Assembly (NCBI GenBank): GCA_045597865.1
Contig: JAZLKX010000028.1
Coordinates: 44,224 to 108,223, forward strand
Reading direction: 5' to 3'
Length of the DNA: 64,000 bases
Source of the DNA: Bacilli bacterium
GTDB taxonomy: Bacteria > Bacillota_I > Bacilli_A > RFN20 > CAG-826
The notes beneath the pieces are model-generated. The model saw nothing but the letters and a program-made list of their open reading frames with translations, was not told the origin of the DNA and did no database searches. The position numbers and the translations under genes are program-made. This document shows positions 30,601 through 41,200 of the stretch, in pieces (position 1 is the first letter of the stretch; every line of letters begins with the position of its first letter).

Positions 30601-32941
30601 CATCAATTGTTATTGAAAGTAATGATTTTCCAGCGTCCTTTGAGTCGTCATAAACAACTTTAATTTCTTTAATACGTCTATGACCGCTTGTTGACCCAGA
30701 TAATGTAAAGGTAACTGAATCTGCTCCATCTGCCTTAGTCCAATGACCAGTTTCAGGATCAACTGTACCCTTATCAACATTGTAAACATTTGTTCCTCTA
30801 TTATCACCACTACCATAGGTAAAGGAAATTTCTACTATCTTTTTACTACCAGCAATTGTGAATGAGTTTTCGTGATAAACTCTAATTCCGGTACCAGTAT
30901 TGTAATAAGCAGCAGCTGTTTCTGGGCCAAAGAAAGTTACTGTATAATCTCCACTTGAAACTGAACTAATTGTTTGACCGTTTTCGAATTCATAACTTGG
31001 GAAAGAGAAAGTTACAGTGTTTTCCTCGACTGGAACTGCTTCAATTTTTACATTATAACTTGTGTATTTACCATTATAGTTAGCATACACAGTGCAATTG
31101 CCAACAGTGCTTGAGTCAAAACCAGAGAATTCGGTATATTCAGTTACATCTTCGTTACTTACATCAACACCGCCCTGCTTATAAAAAGCAGTTACTATAA
31201 TTCCTTTGTTTGAATAGCTATCACCTTGATAGAAAGTTGTTTTATAATCGCCACTTAATACGATTCTATCTAAAACAATTGGTTCTGGAACAGTAACGGT
31301 TGCACTTCCAAAAACAGAACTGGCAGTATCTTTTGTTATAGCTTTAATTGTTGCAGTACCTGGTCCAACAGCAGTTACATAACCTGTGCTAGAAACTGTT
31401 GCAACATCAGTGTTACTTGAAGTCCAAGTGACACCTTTTGTTGTTGTGTCAGCAGGTAAAACTGTGGCTGTTAAACGTCTTGAAGAACCGCTCTCTAATT
31501 CAAATGAATTTGGCGAAATTGTTATGGAATTTGGGTGAATTACCGAGGATTTTACAGTGATATTTACGTCTGCGGTCTTTCCGCCATATGAAATTGTAAC
31601 CTTGGTAATTGATGTTGAAAGTACACCGTTTGGTGACCATGTATAACCTGTAACAGGAACAGAGGTTCCGTCGTCATAATTTGCCTTAACAACCATACCT
31701 GTTGGGTTAAAACTTTCTGTATCCAAATATGAAGTTTTATCAGGATTGGTTGTAACCGAAATACTTAGTAATTGTTTCTCGATTGAAGATCCATTGATTT
31801 TGTCATGTTCAGGATCAGCGATTCTTGAAGAATCGCCAAAAGCAATGTCTGCCCAGTCTGGGAAGTCAATAAATGGGTTTCTGTTATGTGTGAAGTTTGT
31901 ATACAAAAGATTGTTTCTATGAATTTCGTATTCATCAGGTGGATCAATCTTGTTCCATTCGAGTAAGTCTGATAATACACCCATACAATATGGGTCGCTT
32001 GGTCCAGAAGTGCCTGTTCTATTATCAATTGTGTCACTTAAAATAAGGTTTGGCTCATTGCCATCAATGTCTTTTGTAGCGCCAGCATAGTTATTGTATC
32101 TAGCGGCCATATAAAATATGGCTCTAGCAATATCGCCTTTATCACAGTCTTGTGGTTCAAAAACTGTGCCGCTTCCAAGAGTTAATGATTTGCCCTTATA
32201 GTTATGTCCAACAGTTTCTGGATATCTTGTGTTTGCATCGGTGATATCACCATCATTTAAATCGACGTATCCGAAATAATAATTTGAGTGAACGTTATTT
32301 GCCCATCCGTTTCCGGCCCATAAATGCATTGGGTCACCACGAGCACCGCCAGATGTTCCAGTCGGAACACTATCAAAACCATGTGATTTTGCCCAAATAT
32401 GTTCTTGGTTAATACCAGTTCCGTTTTGTTCGTGATTTCCCCATGCTTTAACAGGATTATCAATGTCTCGATTTATGTATAAAGCATGAACATATGGGTT
32501 TTTAGTCTCATCAGATTTACCAGCTGCAAAGGTATAACCTTTGATTGTGTTTGTTGTCTTATCGTATGTACCATTTTTAACTGCTGATGCAGGAGATTTT
32601 TCCCAATCACGATCACTAATTTCATAAAGTCTCCATATAGATTCTTTACCGTTATCATAAGAAAAATATTTTTGACCTTCTGAAAGAATTGGTTTTAAGT
32701 TCTTTAAAAGATTTGTTCCCTTTTTATTTGCGGCAGTTAATCCATTCAAGTCAGAATAGTAGTTTCTAATATCTTCGGAAGATGTGTCATTTAAGTTAAT
32801 GTCCATCTTGCTTAAGGATGTATAGTCATACGCTTCGACAGGAGAAGCTTTCGCTGTTTTATCAACAAAAATAACTCCCAACGCAAACGAAATTGGAAGT
32901 AATGCAATGATAGAATTTTTAATAAAATTGCTATTTTTCAT
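27674..32941 (-). CDS. 1755-aa surface Endonuclease I (His-Me finger) with Big_2/Big_3 Ig repeats and C-terminal TM anchor
   Basis: Signal peptide; EHIWAKS, D.MHL, FEP.D.DKGDIAR, NRNPFID; repeated Y.GD.F...GL.V.A.Y units; TM + KKKH tail. Confidence 0.88.
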   Translation of the reverse strand: MKNSNFIKNSIIALLPISFALGVIFVDKTAKASPVEAYDYTSLSKMDINLNDTSSEDIRNYYSDLNGLTAANKKGTNLLKNLKPILSEGQKYFSYDNGKESIWRLYEISDRDWEKSPASAVKNGTYDKTTNTIKGYTFAAGKSDETKNPYVHALYINRDIDNPVKAWGNHEQNGTGINQEHIWAKSHGFDSVPTGTSGGARGDPMHLWAGNGWANNVHSNYYFGYVDLNDGDITDANTRYPETVGHNYKGKSLTLGSGTVFEPQDCDKGDIARAIFYMAARYNNYAGATKDIDGNEPNLILSDTIDNRTGTSGPSDPYCMGVLSDLLEWNKIDPPDEYEIHRNNLLYTNFTHNRNPFIDFPDWADIAFGDSSRIADPEHDKINGSSIEKQLLSISVTTNPDKTSYLDTESFNPTGMVVKANYDDGTSVPVTGYTWSPNGVLSTSITKVTISYGGKTADVNITVKSSVIHPNSITISPNSFELESGSSRRLTATVLPADTTTKGVTWTSSNTDVATVSSTGYVTAVGPGTATIKAITKDTASSVFGSATVTVPEPIVLDRIVLSGDYKTTFYQGDSYSNKGIIVTAFYKQGGVDVSNEDVTEYTEFSGFDSSTVGNCTVYANYNGKYTSYNVKIEAVPVEENTVTFSFPSYEFENGQTISSVSSGDYTVTFFGPETAAAYYNTGTGIRVYHENSFTIAGSKKIVEISFTYGSGDNRGTNVYNVDKGTVDPETGHWTKADGADSVTFTLSGSTSGHRRIKEIKVVYDDSKDAGKSLLSITIDGTPKTQFYKGDAFDNTGLVVNAHYSDFSTVDVTSSVVITGFDSSTTGYKKLVVSYTEGGVTKSSGYQVKVNNISVISIDLSGDYKIEFIQGETFTSEGLVITAHNNNGTTFDVSDKCSISNPDMSTVGTKTITVTYKENVDASYTISVIKDPAQAVNVSKTIQSIASENSWANSSKYTSFDLDNVVTVSVSGGSNSGKYYSSGYEWRIYQSESPVLTVSVDEGYKLNEVIIVYTPANNGSLLFKNVPLVSGGSITTSCDSLFYNVGNSSGGTSGQVKIISIEVTYSGGTPSARVLEDVAISGSYQTSYFVGDQLNTSGLVTTAQFSNGLYSQVEPEFSGYDLSVAGNQTVTVSYTENNVTESDSYSITVSNIIPTEIVLSGNYKTTFIENQDFTYDGLVVVCNYNNGDSNQITNYSVTGYNKTKLGDQTITVTYVEKGTTLTETYTVTVVAATPLSLDIESEPSKTSYFVGDEFSGAGIVAKCTLDNGCIIDVSDDVIFTGYDMDEIGEQTVTVSYTEGSKTVTDTYSITVNAILLDHIVITSEPNKTTYFVGEDLLTAGLKVEAYYNNGSHKETYPTNIIGYDKNLVGKQTITVYVNELGIEKTATFDVTVIAVEAESIELSGTYKTSYIVGDTFTSEGLIVTAKYNNKTEGKVSPTEITGYDMQEAGEQTVTVYYGELYATYKINVEEIPVVLTHISLSGDYQEEFELGEEFNSDGLIVTAHYDDGSSKIVEPTSISGYDMLEPGDQEILVEYEENGKTVENTYEITVISPVTLSSIKLSGKYPKEFYTGDEFTYDGLKVTAIYSDGTTREIDTFDVSGFSSTEVGYQTITVSYEEDGVSVSATYTIKLIQLQLSYIEVSGDYKAEYDVGDTFSMEGLVVTAFYNNSSSKVVQPTSVSGFNGTKAGNDIITVSYKENGVEKTVHYIVKINEKQTPEPPKENPNIAVIAGAAGGGAVAVGAIITIICVALKKKH

Positions 32942-33042
32942 TAGGCACTTATAATAGCATTCTTAATTGAGTTTTCAACAAAATTACAAATTTTGCCAAT
33001 CTATTGTAGAGATTTTTTTAAACATAATTTAAAATAGAAAGC

Positions 33043-33975
33043 ATGAAAACAAAAGAACTCATTTTAAAGTTTGAAGAGAAAGAAAATACATACAATTTTG
33101 TTGATAAAATTAACAAAATTGATGACCCAAAATTAGTCAAAATTTTAGGAAGAGAAAATATCAAAAATTCAAACTCAACATTGATTATAAAATCAATGAA
33201 TTTACCAATTTTTGACGTTATTCAATTCAAAATTAACGTCGCTGAAGTTGGATCATTTTTATTCAATTTTGAAAAGAGCAAAATGGATGATAAAACTCGT
33301 GAAGAAATCCTCTCAAAAATATCAAAATTACACGATGATGTTGAACCAACAAAAGAACTTCAAATCAATAAAGTAAAAAACTTGATAAAAATTGTTTCAG
33401 AATACGAAGAAATCTACTGTAGTTATCTTCCAAATGGTAAATTCAAATTTACTTTTGAAGAACTTTCTGAAACCTTAAAAAATGTTAATTTTGATTTTCC
33501 AATTCTCGCTCTTGAAAATAAAGAAAAAGATGTATTTGATGTAGAAGGAAGCAAACTTGGATTTAGAAAATTTACAATCGACTATCTATTTACTTCAATT
33601 TTCTCTATCTTAATGTCTTTTGGCATTATGACTGGAATTTATCAAATCTATAACAAACAATCTATTGCTGCTTTCTTGCTTGTCTTAGCTTTTGTATTCT
33701 TTGGTGTGCTCTGTTATGCAATTTACAGTGTTGTCTATAAGCAACATAAAGAAGTTAACAAGGGCTTGAAGTATTTCTTACTAATTTACACAACAATTGG
33801 AATTGCACTTGGAATTGTCCTTTCCTTTGTTGTTTGTAAGTTCGCACTAACTGCAGAAGTTGAAGGTTTAAGCCTTACCAAAATAGGCCTTATTTCAGGC
33901 GGCGTTTCTTTAGCAATTTCTATTGGTGCAATTTTCGTTCCAAAACTAATCAATTTAGTTGTTAAGAAAATCTAA
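33043..33975 (+). CDS. hypothetical protein with 4 C-terminal TM helices
   Basis: ORF; TAAAAT 7 nt upstream of ATG. Confidence 0.7.
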   Translation: MKTKELILKFEEKENTYNFVDKINKIDDPKLVKILGRENIKNSNSTLIIKSMNLPIFDVIQFKINVAEVGSFLFNFEKSKMDDKTREEILSKISKLHDDVEPTKELQINKVKNLIKIVSEYEEIYCSYLPNGKFKFTFEELSETLKNVNFDFPILALENKEKDVFDVEGSKLGFRKFTIDYLFTSIFSILMSFGIMTGIYQIYNKQSIAAFLLVLAFVFFGVLCYAIYSVVYKQHKEVNKGLKYFLLIYTTIGIALGIVLSFVVCKFALTAEVEGLSLTKIGLISGGVSLAISIGAIFVPKLINLVVKKI

Positions 33976-33994
33976 AATATCAAGGAAAACATAT

Positions 33995-34023
33995 GAAAAT
34001 CCCGCGGAATTCGCGGGATTTTT
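33995..34023. terminator. bidirectional terminator between convergent genes
   Basis: AAAATCCCGCG-GAATT-CGCGGGATTTT. Confidence 0.75.
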
Positions 34024-34038
34024 AATGTTTTAAGTTAA

Positions 34039-36747
34039 TTAATTTTCTTTACGTTTTTTGTAGATTACGAACACACCAATTGCAGCAACTCCAACTATAC
34101 AAATAACGACAATTGCAATGGTTGAATTATCTAGCACGCTACGCATAAATCTATTCGCTAATGAAACGTTGGTTGGAGCATTACCGCTTCCATCAACAAC
34201 GAAGTCCTCAAGTTGAGCATCTTCACCATAAGTATCAACAATATAGCGATAATGTCTCATACATTCACTAACTAAGAAACTTGGAGTTGTAGAACAGAAA
34301 GCGTTCTTACCATCTGATTCCATAGCTAAATATTCAGTTTTAACATCACTCCAAAGAGCTTTTAAACCATTCAACTTTGTTGTCAGATTAGATGATAAGC
34401 ATGGACCATTTGAGCCTCTTGTAACATCGATAAAGTAGTTTGCCCAAGCTTCAGCTTGTTCTTGACCGCTATAGGAATTAACTATTGATGTTTCTGTTTT
34501 TACTTCAAAGGCTCTAATATAAATTGCAACATCTGATGTTTGTGCCCACTCTGCAGTAACGTTACCAGTAGCATCGCCTTCGAAAACGTATTCTGTTGAT
34601 GTTGTTGTGAGTGTGGCTGTATCAATAACATCACCGGCTTCAGCAACAGCTGCACCACTAGGGTTACTAATGTATGAGAAATATGTTGAGCCAACTCTAA
34701 CTTTTAAGGTTCCGCCTTTAAAGCCTGTTGCGCCACTTGTTGTAACAGCAACACGTGTTACTCTCATTTGGTTATTTTTAGTAAGAGACATTGTTGCTGG
34801 ACCATCACCTGATTTTCCAATAGCTTGGCCTCTACCTTCGTATGTTGAACCAAATGTTGAAGTGTCAGCAGTTAAAGAGAAAATTTCTCCATTAATTGAA
34901 ACGTTACCGTTTCCATAGAATGTTTTGGAATTAATTTCTGTTTTTGATGTAGATCCTTCAATTTCTTCAGTATGAGAAGAAGACCCTGTATTTGTAACTC
35001 TAAAATCTGCTTCGCAGGTTTTTGTAACACCATCAAATTTATAAGTAGCTTTAACGTGTTGTGTACCTAATCTTGTCGTGTCAACATATACAGAAGGCGA
35101 TATTTGATTTGTTACATCTAGTGATGCACCGCTTTGATAATGTGCAGTAACACTAAGATCAAAAATTCCGTCGCCTGACATGTAAGAGACTGTATTATTT
35201 GTTGGTAAATTTGTAAATTCAATACTTGTCAAAATATCATTAACTGTAAATGTTTTTGCATTTGAAACAACATTGCTTCCATCTTTTGCTTTAGCAGTAA
35301 TATTTGCGGAACCAGGTCCAACTGCCGTAACTAAACCATTTGAATCTACTGTTAAAACGTCAGTGTTTGATGAAATCCAATCAACTGTTTTGTTTGATGC
35401 ATTGCTAGGCGAAATTGTTGAAACATTGACCTGTACGGTGTCACCAACCTTTAACGATGATTTTGCACAAGTAATTGTTATCGAAGTAACAAGAACTGGA
35501 GTAACTGTAACGGTACAAGTAGCGTACTTAGTACTATCAGCGGCTGAAGTAACTTTAACTGTTGCAGTACCAATAGCATTTGCTGTGACTCTACCACTTG
35601 TGTTTACAGAAACACATCCACTAGGATCAGCATTTTCAACAGTCCAAGTAACATTCTTATTTGAAGCATCAGATGGATTTACTGTAACAGATAAAGTTGA
35701 ATCGCTGCTACCACAAGGAATACTTAATGTATTCTTATTTAATGAAACGCTTGTAACAGCAATTGGATTTACTGTTACAGTACAAGTGTCTGTTTTACTG
35801 CCATCAACAGTTGTAACTGTGATTGTTGCAGAGCCTGGTGCAACTGCAGTAATTGTCCCGTTCGAAACTGTTGCAACACTAGGGTTGCTTGTAGACCACG
35901 TAACAGTTTTATTATCAGCGTTTGAAGGGGAAACTGTTGCTGTCAAAGTATCTGTTCCTCCAGGTAATAATGTTGTTGAGTTCTTATTCAAAGAAACACC
36001 CGTTACTCTTGTAATTGAATCACTAAATGCAAGATCTGCCCATTCAGGGTGATCAATATATGGGTTTCTATTGCCTTGGATTGAGGCAGCATAATTATTT
36101 CTAACCATTTCTGCGCTATCAACAGGATCAGCATGATGCCATTCTAATAATAGTTCTTTTGCAAGAGCCTCACTATTTGCATTCATAATATAGTGCAATT
36201 GTAAATTACCACAATAGCTTGATTTGCCAGATGGAGTTGAACCGCCAGCACCTGTAGCATAGTGAGTATACAAATACATAATAATACGAGCAACGTTACC
36301 TTTTACAGAATCTAAAGGTTCAAAAACATCACCAGATTTCCAACCACCTAAATACAAAGTATTATCATTCTTGTCTTTTGAATATTTTTCAGTAGAACTT
36401 GTGTGTTGGCTAACAATACCATATGGGCTGTTATTTCTTGCAGAATTTAATGTAGATTCAACTGGTCTTAAATGATGTAAATCAGAGCCAGCTTGGCTTG
36501 TTCCATATAATTGATTACCTTGTGGATCTTTTGAAAGAGATTGACACCAAACGTGTTCACGATTCCACGTACCAATCGCACCTTCCCCCCAAGTTTTAGC
36601 TATATCCCTTTGAGTATAAAAGTCGATAATGTAGTTAGAACTTGAACCAGGTTCCATGCCATAATAGTATGTTGGATTTTTACAAGCATCGTAGTTTGTA
36701 TAGGTGCTATGAGTATTAAACATCAAAGTATGCAAATCTCCAGACAT
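34039..36747 (-). CDS. Endonuclease I + Ig-like repeats + TM anchor (likely C-terminal part of a frameshifted gene starting at 38260)
   Basis: WNREHVW, SDLHHLRP, FEP.D.VKGNVAR, QGNRNPYIDHP; Big_2 repeats; no signal peptide; frame stays open upstream to ~36850. Confidence 0.8.
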   Translation of the reverse strand: MSGDLHTLMFNTHSTYTNYDACKNPTYYYGMEPGSSSNYIIDFYTQRDIAKTWGEGAIGTWNREHVWCQSLSKDPQGNQLYGTSQAGSDLHHLRPVESTLNSARNNSPYGIVSQHTSSTEKYSKDKNDNTLYLGGWKSGDVFEPLDSVKGNVARIIMYLYTHYATGAGGSTPSGKSSYCGNLQLHYIMNANSEALAKELLLEWHHADPVDSAEMVRNNYAASIQGNRNPYIDHPEWADLAFSDSITRVTGVSLNKNSTTLLPGGTDTLTATVSPSNADNKTVTWSTSNPSVATVSNGTITAVAPGSATITVTTVDGSKTDTCTVTVNPIAVTSVSLNKNTLSIPCGSSDSTLSVTVNPSDASNKNVTWTVENADPSGCVSVNTSGRVTANAIGTATVKVTSAADSTKYATCTVTVTPVLVTSITITCAKSSLKVGDTVQVNVSTISPSNASNKTVDWISSNTDVLTVDSNGLVTAVGPGSANITAKAKDGSNVVSNAKTFTVNDILTSIEFTNLPTNNTVSYMSGDGIFDLSVTAHYQSGASLDVTNQISPSVYVDTTRLGTQHVKATYKFDGVTKTCEADFRVTNTGSSSHTEEIEGSTSKTEINSKTFYGNGNVSINGEIFSLTADTSTFGSTYEGRGQAIGKSGDGPATMSLTKNNQMRVTRVAVTTSGATGFKGGTLKVRVGSTYFSYISNPSGAAVAEAGDVIDTATLTTTSTEYVFEGDATGNVTAEWAQTSDVAIYIRAFEVKTETSIVNSYSGQEQAEAWANYFIDVTRGSNGPCLSSNLTTKLNGLKALWSDVKTEYLAMESDGKNAFCSTTPSFLVSECMRHYRYIVDTYGEDAQLEDFVVDGSGNAPTNVSLANRFMRSVLDNSTIAIVVICIVGVAAIGVFVIYKKRKEN

Positions 36748-36838
36748 ATCACCAGATGTCGAATTGTAAATAGGTTGATAATATGAAGAAGTTGAAGCAG
36801 ATTCAACAATAATAGAACTCTCAGCAGTTGCTTGTGGG

Positions 36839-38260
36839 TTATAGAGAAATTGCGTGAACTTTAGTTACTCCCTCTGAAATACCCATAATAGTTCCAGTAG
36901 AATCCACATCAGCAATGTCGCCATCATCAGAATACAAAAACACGTCATTTTTGGAAGCTGTTGAAGGATTTGTTTCAACATTCAAAGTTGTTTCTTCTTC
37001 AATCTTAATTCCTTTCCCGCTTTCCATTGATATTCCGGTTACTGGAACAATATCGCTTGTACCACCTAAAAGAGCTGAAATATCAAGTCTTCCATAACCA
37101 AAATTACTAGAATTTCCTAAATCAACACAAGAACCTACTAATTCACTTAAAAATTGAGAATAACTTTTATTTGGATATTTTTCTTTCCATAAAGCTGCAG
37201 CTGCTGAAGCAATTGGTGAGGAAAATGAGGTTCCTTGTGTTTCTTTATAAGTACCTCCATCGTCTGGAACATAAACATTACCAACAACAGTGATATCTGT
37301 ATTATTTGTAAAATTTGTATTGAATGAACTATTAAAATTTGAATAAGTGGCAATTTCAGTTGTGCTAAATTTTGAGAGAGCTCCAACACCAATAATGTAT
37401 GGATCTGATGCAGGATAATATTTATCCGAAGTAGTATGATTTCCTGCAGAAGCAAAGATAATTGTGCCGTCTTCTGTACATGCTCTAGCATATTGTGCAA
37501 TCGTATCCCAGGTTGAAGTGGCTTCAATAGAAATATTAACAACATCTACTTTAGTAGCTGGATCTGTATTTAAATCGGTGTGAATATATTTCAAGATTTC
37601 ACCAATAGTGTCTGTATAGAAATCGCACTTGAATGGAATTAATGTTGCTCTTGGAGCAATTCCAATTGTTCCTGTTCCGGACTTAACATGTCCGTGAGCG
37701 GCTAATGTACCGGCAACGTTAGTACCGTGTGATGTAGCGCCTCTATGCTCAATTATTTGATGCGCAGGAATATATTCGCCATTGAGACTGAAGTTACCAT
37801 TTACAGATGTACTAAATCTCATTATTTTTCCAGAGGAATTGCCTGATTCGATAAAATGGTTATCCGAGGCGGATGGATTTGAAATATGAGTAAAATACGC
37901 AGCAGTATTGAAATCTATTATTGACTGTCCATACTCATCAAAGAAATCTGGATGGTCAATATCGATACCACTATCAATATAAGCGATTCTAACGCCTTCA
38001 CCTTGATATTTGTCCCAAACATTATAAATGTTTCCAACATAATCATGATATGTTTTATTACTATTTTCAGATTTATACGAAATAAATTCGGAATCAATCG
38101 GAGTATAACTTGGATTGCCTTTTTTAGCCAACCCATTTCCTTCACTCATTGCGACACCAGGTTGAGCAATTTCATCTTTGTTAATAGGTGAAAAAGAAAT
38201 AGCACCAGCAACTAATGCTAATGTTGTCCCAAGTAATAAACCAAATTTATTCTTATGCAT
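36839..38260 (-). CDS. secreted subtilisin-like S8 peptidase + partial Big_2 (likely N-terminal part of a frameshifted fusion)
   Basis: IDSG, HGTNVAG, ASAGN, GTSFSSP catalytic motifs; signal peptide from MHKNK. Confidence 0.85.
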   Translation of the reverse strand: MHKNKFGLLLGTTLALVAGAISFSPINKDEIAQPGVAMSEGNGLAKKGNPSYTPIDSEFISYKSENSNKTYHDYVGNIYNVWDKYQGEGVRIAYIDSGIDIDHPDFFDEYGQSIIDFNTAAYFTHISNPSASDNHFIESGNSSGKIMRFSTSVNGNFSLNGEYIPAHQIIEHRGATSHGTNVAGTLAAHGHVKSGTGTIGIAPRATLIPFKCDFYTDTIGEILKYIHTDLNTDPATKVDVVNISIEATSTWDTIAQYARACTEDGTIIFASAGNHTTSDKYYPASDPYIIGVGALSKFSTTEIATYSNFNSSFNTNFTNNTDITVVGNVYVPDDGGTYKETQGTSFSSPIASAAAALWKEKYPNKSYSQFLSELVGSCVDLGNSSNFGYGRLDISALLGGTSDIVPVTGISMESGKGIKIEEETTLNVETNPSTASKNDVFLYSDDGDIADVDSTGTIMGISEGVTKVHAISL

Positions 38261-41200
38261 TTCTTCTTCTCTTTGATACTTTAACAGCAATTATTATAAT
38301 AATTACAACTAAAAATACGATTCCAACAATAATACCAACAATAAATAAAGGTTTTGTTTCTGATTCTGGAGTTGGTGTTGGTTCTGGTGTTGGATCTGGA
38401 GCTTTTGGATTACGTCCAATAAAGTCAGTGAATCCTTCATCTTTATGTAATAAATAAATCTCATCGTAATTTGAGATACATTCTTTTAATTTTTCTGATA
38501 ATCCATCTTCTGCACTAACAGCGCCATTACCATAATTGGTAACAATGTTCTTGAGAGCATTCTTTGCATCATTGCTTAAGGAGTTGTAATTATATTCAAG
38601 AACATTCCACATACTTAAAGTAACGTTTTCTTTTTCAACGTTTTCTAATTCGTTTTTGAAGATATATGTATAATCTGCTGCTTTATGTTCAACAGTAATT
38701 GTGCCTGTTTCAATAGTAACTTGGAATTGGGCAACAAGTTCACCAAAAATTACTTTAACAATGTTGTTCTTTTTAAAGTCGAAATCAAAGGTAACCATTT
38801 GAGTTACATCTTTAACTTTACTTCCAATTTTTGCTTCAACTTGTAAGCCAAGTGGATTGAACTCTTCAGATGCAAAATAATTGAGTTTTAGTGGGAATTT
38901 TGCAATTTTTAACTCAGAAACCTCATCTTTTATAACTTCAATCTTGAATGAAATATTTGTGAAAGTTCCGAATGTAATGTTGATTGTTTTTGTACCTGCA
39001 ATTGACATGCTTGCAGGTGCACTAAATTCACATTCGCTGGTAACGTCTGCAACAGTACCGTCGAGATAGTGAGCTTCAACAACTAAACCCGTTGAATCAA
39101 ATTCTTCACCAACGTTATAGATCGTCTTATCTGGATATTTTGCAACAACAACTTCAACAATGTCGTTTACAGGAGCTTTTCTAACAACACTAATAGTGCA
39201 ACTATCTGAAACTTTTCCATCAACAGTAGAAACTGTGATGGTTGAGTCATCATAGTCAATAGCATTTATTAAACCAGTGTCTGAAACTGTAATAGTTCTT
39301 GAATCTGAAGATGACCAAACTAAAGTTTTGTCAGTTGCATTGCTTGGTAAAATCTCAACCTCTAATTGTAATTCATCGTTAAGATACATAGTAGATGGAG
39401 CATTTTTAATTTCAATGCTTTCTACTGGTATTGGATCAATTGGAGTTTCACTAACAACCAATTCTACTTGTTCAATTACGTCAGAGCCATCTAAAGCATG
39501 AACTTGAATCATTGTTGATCCAACACCAACACAAGAAACTAAACCAGTTGAGCTAACAGTTGCAACATCTTCGTCTTCGACGATAAACTCAACATTCTTG
39601 TTTGTTGCATTACTTGGATAAACAGTCCAATCAAGTTGAACTTCATCACCTACATAGTGAGTTCCGTAAATTTGATCAACTTGAATTGATTCAACTTCAA
39701 TATCTGGTTCTTTTACAACGGAAAGAGAAATGGTTTTCTTTACAGAAGAATTGTCAACTGAAGTAACAGTAAGTGTTGTGTTACCAATCTTCTTACAAGT
39801 AACTAAACCAGAAGATGAAACTGTTGCTACAGATGTATCACTAGAATTAAATGTAACACTCTTGTTTGTTGCATTACTTGGTGAAACTGTATATGAAATT
39901 TGGAAAGTATCACTAATATGGTGATCGTTTGATGGAATACTTGCATCAATAGAACTTACATGGATAACATCGCCTTTTGTAACGTTTCTATCAAGTGTAA
40001 CTTCATCGCTTCCTTTAAACTTAAAGTAATCGGTTGAATTTTCAATATATCCATATCCATGGAAGATAATTGTGTCGCCTGTTTCAAGAACATCATATTG
40101 ATCTTTTGTCATGTTAAGTGAGTTAACAGTTACAACAGAACTTGTCGATTCAAGGTCTTTTACATACATCTTGTGTCTGAATGTTGAATCTTCACTTGTT
40201 AAGAATGAACCCGCAACACCTTTACAATAAATTTGTTGTTTTGTATATGAGCCACTGGTTGTGCATTCATTTTCAATAATCTTTTTAGCAGCAGAAACAC
40301 TTATTGGGTTTTCAAGTGTTCCGTAGTTAACTGTAGCTTCTGTTACAGTAATGCCACTTACAGTGGCGGTTTGAGTTACTGAACCGAAGGTATAAGAAAG
40401 AGTTACAGAAGTTGTTCCTTTTGTTAATGGATCTGGGCTAACAGTAACTTTACTAGTAACATTTTCAGTTGAATTATCATCAAATGTAGCAGTAACGGTT
40501 AAACCTGCTGTGTCGAAATGTTCTCCAGCAACATAAGATTTCTTTGTTGGAGTACCAGAAACTGCAATCTTAGTTAGAGTTTTTGTTGGTGTTGGTTCAT
40601 CACCATCAGTCCAACCATTGTATTGATCACAATATTTTTTGGTGTCTGAGTTAGCGTTGCCCCAAATTTTACAAGCATAGCTTCTATGATCAATAAATGG
40701 ATTTCTATTTCCTTGAAGGTATTCAGCACCTTCATTTCTATTTTGTTCTCTTTCCAATACAGGATTTTCAAGATGCCATTTAATTAGGTGACTAAGTCTT
40801 CCCATTAAATTGTCTCTATTTGAATTTGATGTTGAATGTGAATCAGCTTCAAGCAAAGAAAGTTTGCTGTTAGCAACTACACAGTAGAAAATAATACGAG
40901 CTGAGTCGCCTCGATATGACTCGAGTCCAAAGTCTTCCATTGCTGGATCCCATCCATTGGATGAATGGCATTTTCCCTCAACATAGAAAGAGTTTCCGCG
41001 GCTACCATTTTCAGCATTTAAAGTTGGTCTAGGCATGTGAATATCATCTTCAACACTGTTGCCACCATGACTGTTTGGCCAAACGTGTTCTCTGTTCATG
41101 CCTGATGTAGCAGAATTTCCTGAGTAAAAAGTGATTAATTTAGTGCCATATGGTTGCCCATTTGAATCATATTGAACAGAATTTGGATCATAATCAGTGT

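Noticed and set aside
35273-36052. 259-aa plus-strand ORF and the many other short antisense/overlapping ORFs in the track
   Set aside because: They are shadows of well-supported opposite-strand genes with biased codon usage and have no motifs or RBS.
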